The position numbers and the translations under genes were made by a program. The notes beneath the pieces were generated by a model. The model saw nothing but the letters and a program-made list of their open reading frames with translations. It ran no database searches and had not been told where the DNA came from. This document shows positions 10,196 through 19,995 of a DNA stretch of 64,000 nt, piece after piece (within the stretch, counting starts at the first letter, position 1; each line of letters begins with the position of its first letter). The stretch comes from an uncultured candidate division Zixibacteria bacterium (GTDB lineage Bacteria; Zixibacteria; MSB-5A5; UBA10806), in assembly GCA_963801605.1 (NCBI GenBank), contig CAWDFP010000006.1:864001-928000 (forward strand). The letters run 5' to 3'.

Positions 10196-11527
10196 ATGAT
10201 CGGTGTGAAAGACAGCGCCGAAGCCCTGAAGATAATTGATGCACAGGGCATAAAGTATATTCGGTTGTGGTTTACCGATGTACTGGGCACACTAAAAGGG
10301 ATGACCATTACTCGTTCGGAAATCGAGCATGTATTGGAATACGGGCAAGGGTTTGACGGCTCCTCAATAGAGGGTTTCGTCCGTATCGAGGAATCGGATT
10401 TGATGGCTCATCCCGACCTTTCGACATTTGCGGTTTTTCCCTGGGCAATCAATGGTCAGAAGATTGCCTCGGTTTTTTGCGATATCAAGACTCCTCAGGG
10501 CGAACCTTATATGGGCGATACCAGATATGTTTTAAAAAGAATGGTGGAGAAGCTCAAAGCCGAAGGTTACACCGCATATATGGGGCCGGAAATCGAATAC
10601 TTCTACTTTAAAAACTCGCACTCCGCCGAACCGATGGATAGCGGCGGATATTTCGATTATTCCACTTCTGAGGAAACCACGCATCTACGTAAAGCGGCTG
10701 TAGGAGCGCTCGAAGATATAGGTATTCCCGTGGAATGTTCGCATCATGAAGTGGCTCCCGGGCAGCATGAGATCGATCTTAAATATCAGGATGCTCTGCG
10801 CATGGCTGACTATGCAATGATGTATCGTTTGGTTATCAAGGAGCAGGCGTTAATAAAAGGGTATTACGCCTCCTTTATGCCCAAACCGATTTTTGGCGTT
10901 AACGGATCCGGTATGCATACTCATCAATCTCTGTTCAAGAATGGGCATAACGCCTTTTTCGATCCGAATGATCAATATCGCCTTTCTGATCTGGCCAAGA
11001 AGTATATTGCCGGAATCCTGGTTCATATTAAGGAAATTTGTCTGGTGACCAATCAATGGGTCAATTCATATAAACGTCTGGTTCCGGGCTATGAAGCGCC
11101 TGTTTATATTTCTTGGGGACGGCGTAATCGATCCTCATTGGTGCGGGTGCCGATGTATCAACTCGGCCGCGAAAGCGCTACCAGGATCGAACTCCGCAGC
11201 CCCGATCCGGCCTGCAATCCCTACCTTGCTTTTGCAGCCATGCTTGCCGCCGGCTATGAGGGCATCAAGAAAGGATATCCTCTTCCCGAGCCGATTGAAG
11301 AGAACATATTCGAAATGGATTCCAAAGCTCTAAGGCGTCGCAAAATTGATACTTTGCCAGGCTCTCTTATGGAGGCTCTTAATCTTTTTAGAAAATCGGA
11401 TTTAATGAAAGAGACCCTTAGCGATCATATCTTTGATACATTGGTTAACAATAAAACGGTCGAGTGGGATAATTTCAGAGTAGCTGTCACCGATTTTGAA
11501 ATAAACAACTACCTCAAAGCGCTCTAA
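10196..11527 (+). CDS. glnA: Glutamine synthetase type I (alpha-like)
   Basis: FDGSSI, HHEVAPGQHEI, FMPKP..NGSGMH, SYKRLVPGYEAP, ELRSPD. Confidence 0.9.
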   Translation: MIGVKDSAEALKIIDAQGIKYIRLWFTDVLGTLKGMTITRSEIEHVLEYGQGFDGSSIEGFVRIEESDLMAHPDLSTFAVFPWAINGQKIASVFCDIKTPQGEPYMGDTRYVLKRMVEKLKAEGYTAYMGPEIEYFYFKNSHSAEPMDSGGYFDYSTSEETTHLRKAAVGALEDIGIPVECSHHEVAPGQHEIDLKYQDALRMADYAMMYRLVIKEQALIKGYYASFMPKPIFGVNGSGMHTHQSLFKNGHNAFFDPNDQYRLSDLAKKYIAGILVHIKEICLVTNQWVNSYKRLVPGYEAPVYISWGRRNRSSLVRVPMYQLGRESATRIELRSPDPACNPYLAFAAMLAAGYEGIKKGYPLPEPIEENIFEMDSKALRRRKIDTLPGSLMEALNLFRKSDLMKETLSDHIFDTLVNNKTVEWDNFRVAVTDFEINNYLKAL

Positions 11528-11835
11528 GAGGAGATTAACATTCGCTGGGGGAAAAAACAGGTATTCGATGATCTCAAAAATCGGCAATACCGGAGTGTTT
11601 TGTTTAAATTCAAAACGATGAATGCCGATTATACTTGTAAAATGAATGGAAACATATTAAATAACTCGATCAATAGATTCGTTTCGCCCGGATGAAAGCA
11701 AGCAATTGCTGAATATTTCGTAGAAATAATTGTAGTTTAGGGCAAGGTAACGAACATGATTTCGAATCAGGACTAAGAGATTTAATTGAGTGAATTTTTT
11801 AGTCTCGCGATGCCTATTAAGGAGGAACGAAGAAA

Positions 11836-12075
11836 GTGCGTGAGGAAATAAAAAGCTTCATCATCAATAATTTTATGATGGGACGAAACCCGGAGGAATT
11901 GGTAGATTCTGATTCGCTGTTGAATAAGGGAATTATTGACTCCACAGGCGTATTGGAATTGGTAGGATTTTTGGAGGAGAGATTTAATCTCCAGGTCAAG
12001 GATGAAGAGCTTGTGCCTGAAAACCTCGATTCCGTAAATAATTTGATAAACTATATTCAGAAAAAACAGAGTTGA
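11836..12075 (+). CDS. Acyl carrier protein
   Basis: 79 aa, acidic, GIIDSTG phosphopantetheine site, PENLDSV; AGGAGG RBS. Confidence 0.9.
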   Translation: MREEIKSFIINNFMMGRNPEELVDSDSLLNKGIIDSTGVLELVGFLEERFNLQVKDEELVPENLDSVNNLINYIQKKQS

Positions 12076-12150
12076 GCAATCAACGATATTTTAAGGCGGA
12101 CGAGAACAGCATTTGTTATTCGCCTTTTTTTCTTTCACAAGGAGCTTAGC

Positions 12151-13113
12151 TTGAGATTTTCGAGGGGACTGATACGATTGGATAGTGAAGTGGTGGTCGC
12201 GGGGCTTTTGGAGCGGTTGCGGGAACAGATATTTGTGACGATGAAACGTGGTGGTGCGGTGGTGGGAGTCTCCGGGGGGATCGACTCCTCGGTGATGGCG
12301 GCTTTATGCTCCCGGGCACTTGGTCCGGAGAAGGTGGTGGGGGTGTCGATGCCGGATAAGGACAACTCGGCAGCCTCTAAGGATCTGGCTAAGGAACTCT
12401 CGGAGAAGTTTGGTTTTAAGTATCTGACGGTTGATATCACTCCGGCTTTGGAGGGTGCGGGCTGTTACCGTCTTCGGGAGGAGGGGTTTCGGGAGGTCTT
12501 TCCGGACTGGCGGGATGGCTGGAAGGCGAAGATCGTGCTTCCTCAGAACGTATTGGAATCTGGCAGGCTTAATGTTTATAGACTGGCGGTGGAGTCCCCC
12601 TCGGGAGAGAAGTGGGAGAAGCGCTTACCGCTGGGGGCCTATCTGAAGATCGTGGCAGCTTCTAACATGAAGCAGCGGATGAGGATGCTGACCTTGTACT
12701 ATCAGGCAGAGGAGCGGAATTATGCGGTTGTAGGGACAGCCAACAAGAATGAGCATTATCAGGGATTTTTCGTGAAGTATGGGGATGGCGGCTGTGATTT
12801 GAGACCTCTTGGGGAGTATTACAAGACGCAGATATTTCAGTTGGCGGAGTATTTAGGGGTCCCGGAGGAGATTCGGAGCAGGACGCCCTCGACGGAAACG
12901 TATCCCTCGGAGGTAAGCCAGGAGGAGTTTTTCTTTGGCTTGGACTTTGCGACCCTGGATTTATTGTGGTTAGCCAAGGAGGGCAAGTATAATCCGGCGG
13001 AGGTAGCCGAGGAGATGGGCTTGACACCAGACCAGGTGAAGAATGTCTGGCGGGACTTAGACCAGAAACGGCGCACCACCGAATACCTCAGAATGCCGCC
13101 GCTGGGACTGTAA
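12151..13113 (+). CDS. nadE: NH3-dependent NAD+ synthetase-like (N-type ATP pyrophosphatase)
   Basis: GVSGGIDSS PP-loop, NMKQRMRM, GTANKNE..GFFVKYGDG; no glutaminase domain. Confidence 0.8.
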   Translation: MRFSRGLIRLDSEVVVAGLLERLREQIFVTMKRGGAVVGVSGGIDSSVMAALCSRALGPEKVVGVSMPDKDNSAASKDLAKELSEKFGFKYLTVDITPALEGAGCYRLREEGFREVFPDWRDGWKAKIVLPQNVLESGRLNVYRLAVESPSGEKWEKRLPLGAYLKIVAASNMKQRMRMLTLYYQAEERNYAVVGTANKNEHYQGFFVKYGDGGCDLRPLGEYYKTQIFQLAEYLGVPEEIRSRTPSTETYPSEVSQEEFFFGLDFATLDLLWLAKEGKYNPAEVAEEMGLTPDQVKNVWRDLDQKRRTTEYLRMPPLGL

Positions 13114-13137
13114 AGTCATTTAAGAAAGCAGTAATGC

Positions 13138-13176
13138 AACTGCCGAAGATTCAAGAAGGGATCTTCGGCAGTTTTT
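13138..13176 (+). terminator. Intrinsic terminator
   Basis: AACTGCCGAAGAT..ATCTTCGGCAGTT followed by a T-run. Confidence 0.85.
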
Positions 13177-13199
13177 GTTTATATCCGGTTTATCCGGAT

Positions 13200-13928
13200 C
13201 TAAAGCGAATCTGGCCCCGTAGTAAAATTCCAGATCGGGCCCGGGGTTTCATTCCCGTGATTATCCTTTGCGACGATTTTCCAATAATAGATTGTATTGG
13301 GATGGTATGAATAACCGATCAAATCATATATTGTGTCATTTATTGTATTGACCAATGTGCTATCCTGATCAATGGTCCAAGTATCCGTCGTAGCATCGCC
13401 GTCAAGATTGGCGGTTGCTGTGCAAGTAAAAGTATTGATTGCTGAACTAATGCAATAACTGTAAGCGTTAGTTGAATCGATATTGATATTAAGAAGGCCA
13501 AATGATTGGTTTTGCCGGTTTGCATAAGAGCCATTTAGGCAATAAGCCCCGTACTGTTGATGATAAGCATTCTGCATAGAAAAAATTTGGCTTAAAAGCG
13601 CTCGCCCCTCGGCCTGAATCATCCATTGTGATCGGTGAGAATTCACCTCCCAATTATGGCCGACAAAGTTAGAGCCCCAATCGGTATTCATTCCCAGGTA
13701 AAAATCATATCTGAGTGTATCCTGGTGATTGGGATCAGTTGCTTGCCAGGAGAATATGGTGTTAACGCCAACACCGGTAGCGCCATCTTCGGGGGATGGA
13801 TTAAAAGGCGCATTTGGAGGAAGATTTTGAATATTCGACTCATTGTTGACCTTCTGATCGGAACAGGAAAGTGCGACAATTAAGAATAGCACGATTAGGC
13901 CGGTTATTATGCGGGATGTGGCTTTCAT
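13200..13928 (-). CDS. Lipoprotein: FN3/Ig-like domain interrupted by a type IV pilin-like head domain
   Basis: Lipobox ALSC. PSPEDGATGV..FSW..YDFYLG and PNTIYYWKIVAKD..GPIWNFTT flank QAEGRALLSQIFSMQNAY..FTCTATANLDGDATTDTWTID. Confidence 0.65.
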   Translation of the reverse strand: MKATSRIITGLIVLFLIVALSCSDQKVNNESNIQNLPPNAPFNPSPEDGATGVGVNTIFSWQATDPNHQDTLRYDFYLGMNTDWGSNFVGHNWEVNSHRSQWMIQAEGRALLSQIFSMQNAYHQQYGAYCLNGSYANRQNQSFGLLNINIDSTNAYSYCISSAINTFTCTATANLDGDATTDTWTIDQDSTLVNTINDTIYDLIGYSYHPNTIYYWKIVAKDNHGNETPGPIWNFTTGPDSL

Positions 13929-14184
13929 CTTTCCTCTCCTGCATTTCTATTTCGATTGAATTAATCAATACTAAATTAGTCTATTATGTTTATCGACATT
14001 TTTAACTTGGTGTTAATAGGATATAAAAAAGATGCAAAACCTCGTAACGGCGTTAAATTAATGAAGTATCTAAAAAAGCTTGATTTGTGTATTTTCGTAA
14101 TTAGCTTATTAGTAAATGTAGTTGTCGAGCCGGTGCGATTGCTGGTAATAATCATTTGCCGAACGGCTTTAAATACTGGAGTTA

Positions 14185-15438
14185 ATGATGGGACATTTAG
14201 TCGGTAAAGATTTATATCGAAAGCTTGGTAGAAAAATTGATGGCCTTAGTATGCGCGCGCCCTGGAACGACTCTTTCTACTCCATTCTCAAAGAGCTATA
14301 TACATCTGAAGAAGCCGAAATCATCCTGAAGATGCCATATACCCTGGGGACTCTCGATCAAATCGCAATGGCTACCAAATATGAACCATCCAGATTAAAA
14401 AAAATATTGGATGGTTTGTGCGTCAAGGGCCTGGTGATGGATATCTACATGAATGGTAAATTCCATTATATCGTTTCGCCCCTTGTAATCGGCATTTTTG
14501 AATTTACCATGATGAGAACTGGAGAAGGACTCAACACCAAAGAATGGGCTCGCCTTTTCAATGACTATATGCATGGCAGCGATGCCTATTATAAAGCCAA
14601 TTTTGGCAACGGTCAAAAAGTTGGGCCGCTAAGGGCATTACCTTATGAGGACACTCTGGGCGAGCATGTGGAGATCATGGATTACGAGAAGGCCTCCTCA
14701 ATAGTCGATGCCAATAAGGATTTTTCGGTTGGACTCTGTTCATGCCGTCATGAGAAGCTCCATCTGGGAACGAAAAAGTGCGACATTCCGCTTGAGACAT
14801 GTACCACTTTTGGGACCGGAGCCAAATATATGGCTCATCGCAAGCTGGCCAGGCTTATTTCGAAATCTGAAATGCTCGATAATCTGGCGAGATTTAAGGA
14901 AATGGGACTTGTGGTTTGCGCTGATAATGTTAAAAAGGATTGTTCATTTTTTTGCTTTTGTTGTGGATGTTGCTGCAATGTTCTTCTGGGGATCAGCGAG
15001 TTTGGCTATCCAAACTCCGTTGTAACATCAAGTTTTATTGCTAAGCCCGATAGCGAAAACTGCACCGCCTGCGGAACTTGTGTCGAGGCTTGTCCCATTA
15101 AGGCCATTTCTCAGACTTCTGACGAGAACCCCATAGTTGATGAGACAATTTGTATGGGATGTGGAGTATGCGCTCTTAAGTGCCCCAATGATTCAATGAA
15201 ACTTCACAAACGCTCTCAACAGGTGCTGCATCCCGAGACGATGCTTCAACGTTTGATTCTGCAGTGCCTCGAACGCGGCACTCTTCAGAATTTGATCTTT
15301 GCCGATCCGAACCGAGTCGACCACAAATTTATGCGCGTCTTCGTGGGTGCATTCTTAAATCTTCCCCCGGTCAAGAAAACCTTGATGGGCGAAAGCCTCA
15401 GGTCTTCATTTTTGGATTTTATTCAAAAGCGGGCCTGA
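14185..15438 (+). CDS. Cys-rich iron-sulfur protein with a 2x[4Fe-4S] ferredoxin domain
   Basis: CTACGTCVEACP and CMGCGVCALKCP, plus CSCRH..C..C and CFCCGCCC clusters. Confidence 0.8.
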   Translation: MMGHLVGKDLYRKLGRKIDGLSMRAPWNDSFYSILKELYTSEEAEIILKMPYTLGTLDQIAMATKYEPSRLKKILDGLCVKGLVMDIYMNGKFHYIVSPLVIGIFEFTMMRTGEGLNTKEWARLFNDYMHGSDAYYKANFGNGQKVGPLRALPYEDTLGEHVEIMDYEKASSIVDANKDFSVGLCSCRHEKLHLGTKKCDIPLETCTTFGTGAKYMAHRKLARLISKSEMLDNLARFKEMGLVVCADNVKKDCSFFCFCCGCCCNVLLGISEFGYPNSVVTSSFIAKPDSENCTACGTCVEACPIKAISQTSDENPIVDETICMGCGVCALKCPNDSMKLHKRSQQVLHPETMLQRLILQCLERGTLQNLIFADPNRVDHKFMRVFVGAFLNLPPVKKTLMGESLRSSFLDFIQKRA

Positions 15439-15481
15439 GAATGAATACGTTACTTAATTATGGAATTATATAGGGACAAGT

Positions 15482-16637
15482 ATGAAAAGAATCGCAACAA
15501 TTATTTTGGTGGTTTTATCACTTACAGGTTTGGCACTGGCGAAAACTCCAAAAACAATGGAACGGGCAAAGGCAATCGCCAACAAGTTGAACAAACCAAT
15601 GCTGCTTGAGTTTTACCAGCCGGATTGCGAATATTGTCAGTTGGCCGCCCGAGACCTGGCATCCAACGATTCAATTGTGGCGCTGCTAAAATCAGTTGTT
15701 TACTTAGCGATGGATGTTAATTCAACCGAGGGCGAATCTCTTGCAAAGTCATATTATGTTGACGTTACCTTTCCGGTTTTTGTATTAACCGATTCTACTG
15801 GTAGCATTATCAACCATTGGACCGGCTATTCGATGCCCGGCCCGTTTATCAAATCGCTTCAATGACGCACTTTCCAATCAGATTACAATCGACAAACGTT
15901 ACGATAATATATTAAGCGCTCCAGCTCTTGATAACGTCCTGTTTCTGGCCAAATACAATACCGAAATAGGGGATAACGTTAAAGCCAGCGAACTGTATAC
16001 AGAGGCTCAGGGCCTTCGTAGAGGCTTAACCTTTAGCTACGATATTTTCCAGAACTTGGCGGATGCGGTATGGAAAGGAAATGCCTCATTTGATCAGCTT
16101 GTCGCCGCGGCCGATAATGTTCTCATGACCAGACCGGGAGATATCACAAGCATCGCTAACGTAGGTATCGTCATGGCCCGAGTCGCCCGTAAAGTGGGAC
16201 GGACATCCGAAATAGAAAAATATTTGGAAGCGGGAGCTAATATTACCTACGGCGAGGAAAATAATAAAATCAGAGACTGGCATATCACCCTGCTCGCTGA
16301 TCAAGCCTTATATGTCAATCACGATACCGCTAAGGCCATAACAATAAAAAAGGATAGCTTTGATCCCAATTGGGAAAGCGTACCGTCGAAGTATTATAGC
16401 TTTGCCAGATGGTGCCTGGAGCGAAAAATCAATCTGGTTGAGGCGGAGAACCTTGCCAATAAAGCGGTCAGTAATTCCCCTGATGGTAAATTCAAGGCTT
16501 CGACCTTAGCCACATTGGCAGGTGTCTTGGAGGCCCGCGGAAAAAAGGTCGATGCTGTTCGAACCATGAAACAAGCGGTGGATCAGGATCCTCATAACAC
16601 CTGGTATCAATCTGAACTCAAACGTTTGCAAGGCTAA
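15482..16637 (+). CDS. Secreted thioredoxin-fold (CEYC) + TPR protein; one frameshift at ~15858
   Basis: Signal peptide and DCEYC motif. Removing one T at 15858-15859 opens the frame through to the TPR-like ORF 16056-16637. Confidence 0.72.
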
Positions 16638-16673
16638 TCCAACAAATAAATATTATTATGATATTTAAATATT

Positions 16674-16706
16674 AAAACGCCCCTTCTAAAGAGGGGCGTT
16701 TACTTT
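16674..16706. terminator. Bidirectional intrinsic terminator
   Basis: AAACGCCCCT-TCTAA-AGAGGGGCGTTT-type hairpin between convergent genes. Confidence 0.75.
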
Positions 16707-16756
16707 TAATTAAACACAAATATTAATTCGATTCTATTTTCAAATTGCGGCTATGT

Positions 16757-17449
16757 TTATTGCTGTAGGCTCAAAGGCTGCTTAAGCGAAAAGGTCAGGG
16801 ATTTTCCTGCCGCATAAACCAGGTTTTGACGTCCCGTGGCGGCCGCCGCACCGGTGCCGGCCGCAGCACCAGCCGCTCCGCCAATGGCTGCTCCCTTACC
16901 TTCTCCAAGCACACCGCCGATAATGGCGCCCGCCGCCGCTCCACCGCCAATCATTCCAACCTCTCGAGTAGTGTGGCTTCGGCCTTTATCATATATACTG
17001 CTCGATGAAACCGGATAACTATCGCCATTAGGAAGAGTAATGTTGGCGATGGTAAATTCAATTTCGGGGGCGGTTTTAAGCCTACCACCCTTAACCAGAG
17101 ATGTAATCACCATTTCGACCTTAGATCCTTCAGGAATTGCGGTTTTGCCATCGACTACAACAGGACCGGCAAGAGTGCCATAAAAGTGATCGCCGGCATG
17201 ATTTGAATTCGTCTCGATAGTTTCGTTTAAGGTGACTACCAGATGAGTCATACTGGGAATCGTTACCATATTTTTATAAGACTGGGAAGTCTGTTCGTTT
17301 TGCCCGTTCCCCATTTGCCCGCTGCCCTGCGTTGACATGGGCGTTTGTTGGTTTTGAGCTTGTTGCGATTGATTGTTTTTTCCGCAACCGCCTATAACAA
17401 TCAGTATGCTCGCGAAAAATAATATTATGTTCCTTTGTTTTAGCATCAC
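16757..17449 (-). CDS. Lipoprotein with a beta-domain and glycine-zipper
   Basis: Lipobox IGGC, Q-rich linker, GGGAAAGAIIGG..GAAIGGAAGAAAG; AGGAGG RBS. Confidence 0.7.
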   Translation of the reverse strand: MMLKQRNIILFFASILIVIGGCGKNNQSQQAQNQQTPMSTQGSGQMGNGQNEQTSQSYKNMVTIPSMTHLVVTLNETIETNSNHAGDHFYGTLAGPVVVDGKTAIPEGSKVEMVITSLVKGGRLKTAPEIEFTIANITLPNGDSYPVSSSSIYDKGRSHTTREVGMIGGGAAAGAIIGGVLGEGKGAAIGGAAGAAAGTGAAAATGRQNLVYAAGKSLTFSLKQPLSLQQ

Positions 17450-17746
17450 TCCTCCTTACGGCTCTTACACTGCTTTAAATACATTAATCTATGACGTTAC
17501 TATGCTCCTCGATTTTTCGGGTTAATCCATTTGATATCGATGATAACATAACTCCTGAGATCTGCTTCAAAGTTTCAAATACCTTCGCTCTATTCCATAT
17601 TGGTTCTTACATATATTTCTATTCAGCCATAAGCCTCGATTATCCATGTTTATCCTCATGAGAGCACTTATTTTTAAGTTATTTCAGGATTTATGTTTAC
17701 ATAATATCTAACGCAATAGCGTCAGAATAATTTCGACGCGAAAGCG

Positions 17747-17775
17747 GGAACCAAACCCTACATCATAATGTATTA
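17747..17775 (+). promoter_or_regulatory. ECF-type promoter GGAAC-N18-GTATTA
   Basis: GGAAC CAAACCCTACATCATAAT GTATTA, ~40 nt before the 17817 start. Confidence 0.6.
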
Positions 17776-17816
17776 TTTATTGGCGATAATTTATTACCCA
17801 AAAAAGGAGCAATCGT

Positions 17817-18603
17817 ATGAAGACCTTAACACAAATCGCATTGATCGTTTCCGTGATGGGGTTGATGATGATTTTCGGATGCTCAAATTCAACCTCACCG
17901 GGGACCGGCGAATTACGTATGTTTCTTACCGATTCGCCCGCCCAATATGATCAAGTGAATATAGTGGTTACCAAAGTTGAGGTTCATTCGACGGGATCGG
18001 ATTCGTTAGGCGGCTGGGAAACGGTGAATAATGATACCGTTACTTATAATCTGCTTACTTTGCGTAACGGCGCAAATGTTCTTTTCGGTGACGCCATGTT
18101 GCCGGCTGGTATGTATACTCAAATTAGGTTATCCATCGGCAGCGGAAGTAACGTTGTGATCGGTGGAGTACAACATCCCCTTGATATCTCAAGTGCAACC
18201 GGACTGAAACTGAACCATAATTTCAATATCGCTTCAGGAACAATCTATCTGTTAACTCTCGATTTCGATGCTGAAAGATCGATTGTGTTAACCGGTAATA
18301 ACGTCTATAAACTCAAGCCTGTTATTCGCGTAGAGGCCAATGATTCGGTGGGATCAATATCGGGTATCGTATTGCCCGCTGCAGCCCATGCGCAGATTAT
18401 GACTCAAGTGGATGCCGATACAGTTATAGCTTTTAGCGATACTACCGGCGCTTTTTATATCCCACTACTTCCAGTCGGGTCTTATAATTTATTTGTTTCG
18501 TCGCCGGTTTTGAGCTTCAACGATACGACTGTAACAGACGTAATAGTTAATCGTCAACAGGATTACAAACATAGGCACTGTTACGTTAAGGCAGGGGCCG
18601 TAA
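17817..18603 (+). CDS. DUF4382-domain lipoprotein with a C-terminal prealbumin/carboxypeptidase-regulatory-like domain; frameshift near the 3' end
   Basis: Lipobox IFGC, LTDSP, YTQIRL, LDFDAERSI, LKPVIR. Removing one T at 18563-18564 gives the ending DTNIGTVTLRQGP* (stop 18601-18603). Confidence 0.75.
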
Positions 18604-18604
18604 T

Positions 18605-19136
18605 TTAGAGGGCATTTTTGCCCCTCTCAAATGCATTAAGAAACTTGACATAAATATTCCTGACGCCGTTGTTTTCTTCACTTTCGATTATTCTCGCAAA
18701 AAGCCCTAGAAGTTTTTTGCGAGATTCGGGATAATATTCGGCGATCTTCGTTAGTCCTTTGGCAGTACTCCATCTTACCACAGTGCCTTTATCATCGATA
18801 TTTTTTAGAAGTGCCGGGATAGCTTTGGCGGCCCGTTCGGGAAACTCGCCGGCCGCATTGGCAATTACCTGGCTTGCCTCCCATTTCACACGAGGAGCCT
18901 TATCATTTATTTGGCCGATAACAAATTCGAGACAGCGATTCTGCAAATTTAGGATTTTCCTTAACTATTTCCGAAATCGCCTCGATGCAAGTTCCTCTAT
19001 CGGCAATTGATGCTCCCGGGAAAAAAGCAATAAGCTCCGCCAGAATAGCGTTATCGTTCTTCAAGGCCTTTATTAAAAGAGCCACTTTATCTTTGGGCTT
19101 ACTCTTCGATTTTATAATATTAATAAAGTCCGACAT
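18605..19136 (-). CDS. HEAT-repeat protein; one frameshift at ~18935
   Basis: APRVKWEA and TVVRWSTA helical repeats. The two ORFs join on removal of one base. Confidence 0.65.
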
Positions 19137-19164
19137 GCCTGGCTCTTTTTTTGCATTCAATAAT

Positions 19165-19807
19165 TTACTTTTTGGGATACCCAACCGACTGTGCCAGGAT
19201 TACATGCTGGTCGGCACGAAGCTTGAGCGTCTTTTCCAATTCCTGATGATTGACCGAACCACGCACTACCGTCCCCAAACCCTCAGAAGCACAGAAGAGG
19301 TAAACATTTTCCGCAATGAAAGCGGCATCTGCGTAGGCATAAGGAAGCTTATCAGAGTCGGTTTTACCGCTCATTTTGGAGTAATCGGCTACGTAAACGA
19401 TATTGATTGGAACAGACTTTACGAAGTCCTGCATTCCGGTTTTTTCGCGGATATCGCCGGAGAGAACGGGCTCAATGACATGTTTGTATTGGATTATATA
19501 AGTATGCTCCGTTAGCCGTCGTGATATAAAGGTCAATTTCCTGTTTGTTCATCGCTGATGGCGCTGTCCGTTTAGCCTCGTCGGCACGATTGATTCCGCA
19601 GGCAGCCCAAAGAAGATTGGATAATATCGGAATTGTTAGCGTATCGGCGCTAAAATCGCGGATAGATTGACGCTCTTTAAGAACTTGCATTAATGGTTTG
19701 CCGCCGGTCGTGTCAGGCGGTGAAAGTTGAATTGGCTTGAGTTCCTGAGCTAATAGTATTGAGCTCAATAAAATTACGAATAATGTAACGCCTGCGATAG
19801 TTTTCAT
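19165..19807 (-). CDS. Nitroreductase-family (SagB/ThcOx-like) FMN protein with signal peptide; one frameshift at ~19490
   Basis: RQSIRDFS, LLWAACG, RTAPSA, AENVYL, QSVGYP. Removing one base at 19489-19490 joins the frames. Confidence 0.8.
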
Positions 19808-19924
19808 ACTGCATCCTTTCACTTTTCGCGATAAGAATTCACCCATGTCACCAATTTAAAATATGATAACACCGTATTTAAGGCAAGTCAGGTTTAATGA
19901 TTTTTTTATTTGGCATCGAATAGT

Positions 19925-19951
19925 TTAGGGGCGTATTGCATACGCCCCTAA
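19925..19951. repeat. Perfect palindrome (terminator and/or REP-like element)
   Basis: TTAGGGGCGTAT-TGC-ATACGCCCCTAA, 12-bp arms, downstream of leuD-like gene. Confidence 0.6.
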
Positions 19952-19995
19952 CCGTAAAGAATTATAATTGATCGAATAATTGTAAGTATCTTTAC

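Noticed and set aside
17548..17577. Additional ECF-motif copy upstream of the glycine-zipper lipoprotein
   Set aside because: GAAAC with a 19-nt spacer deviates in both sequence and spacing, so it was not counted.
19165..19807. RiPP azole-forming dehydrogenase cluster
   Set aside because: No YcaO or precursor peptide nearby; a stand-alone nitroreductase-family protein is more likely.
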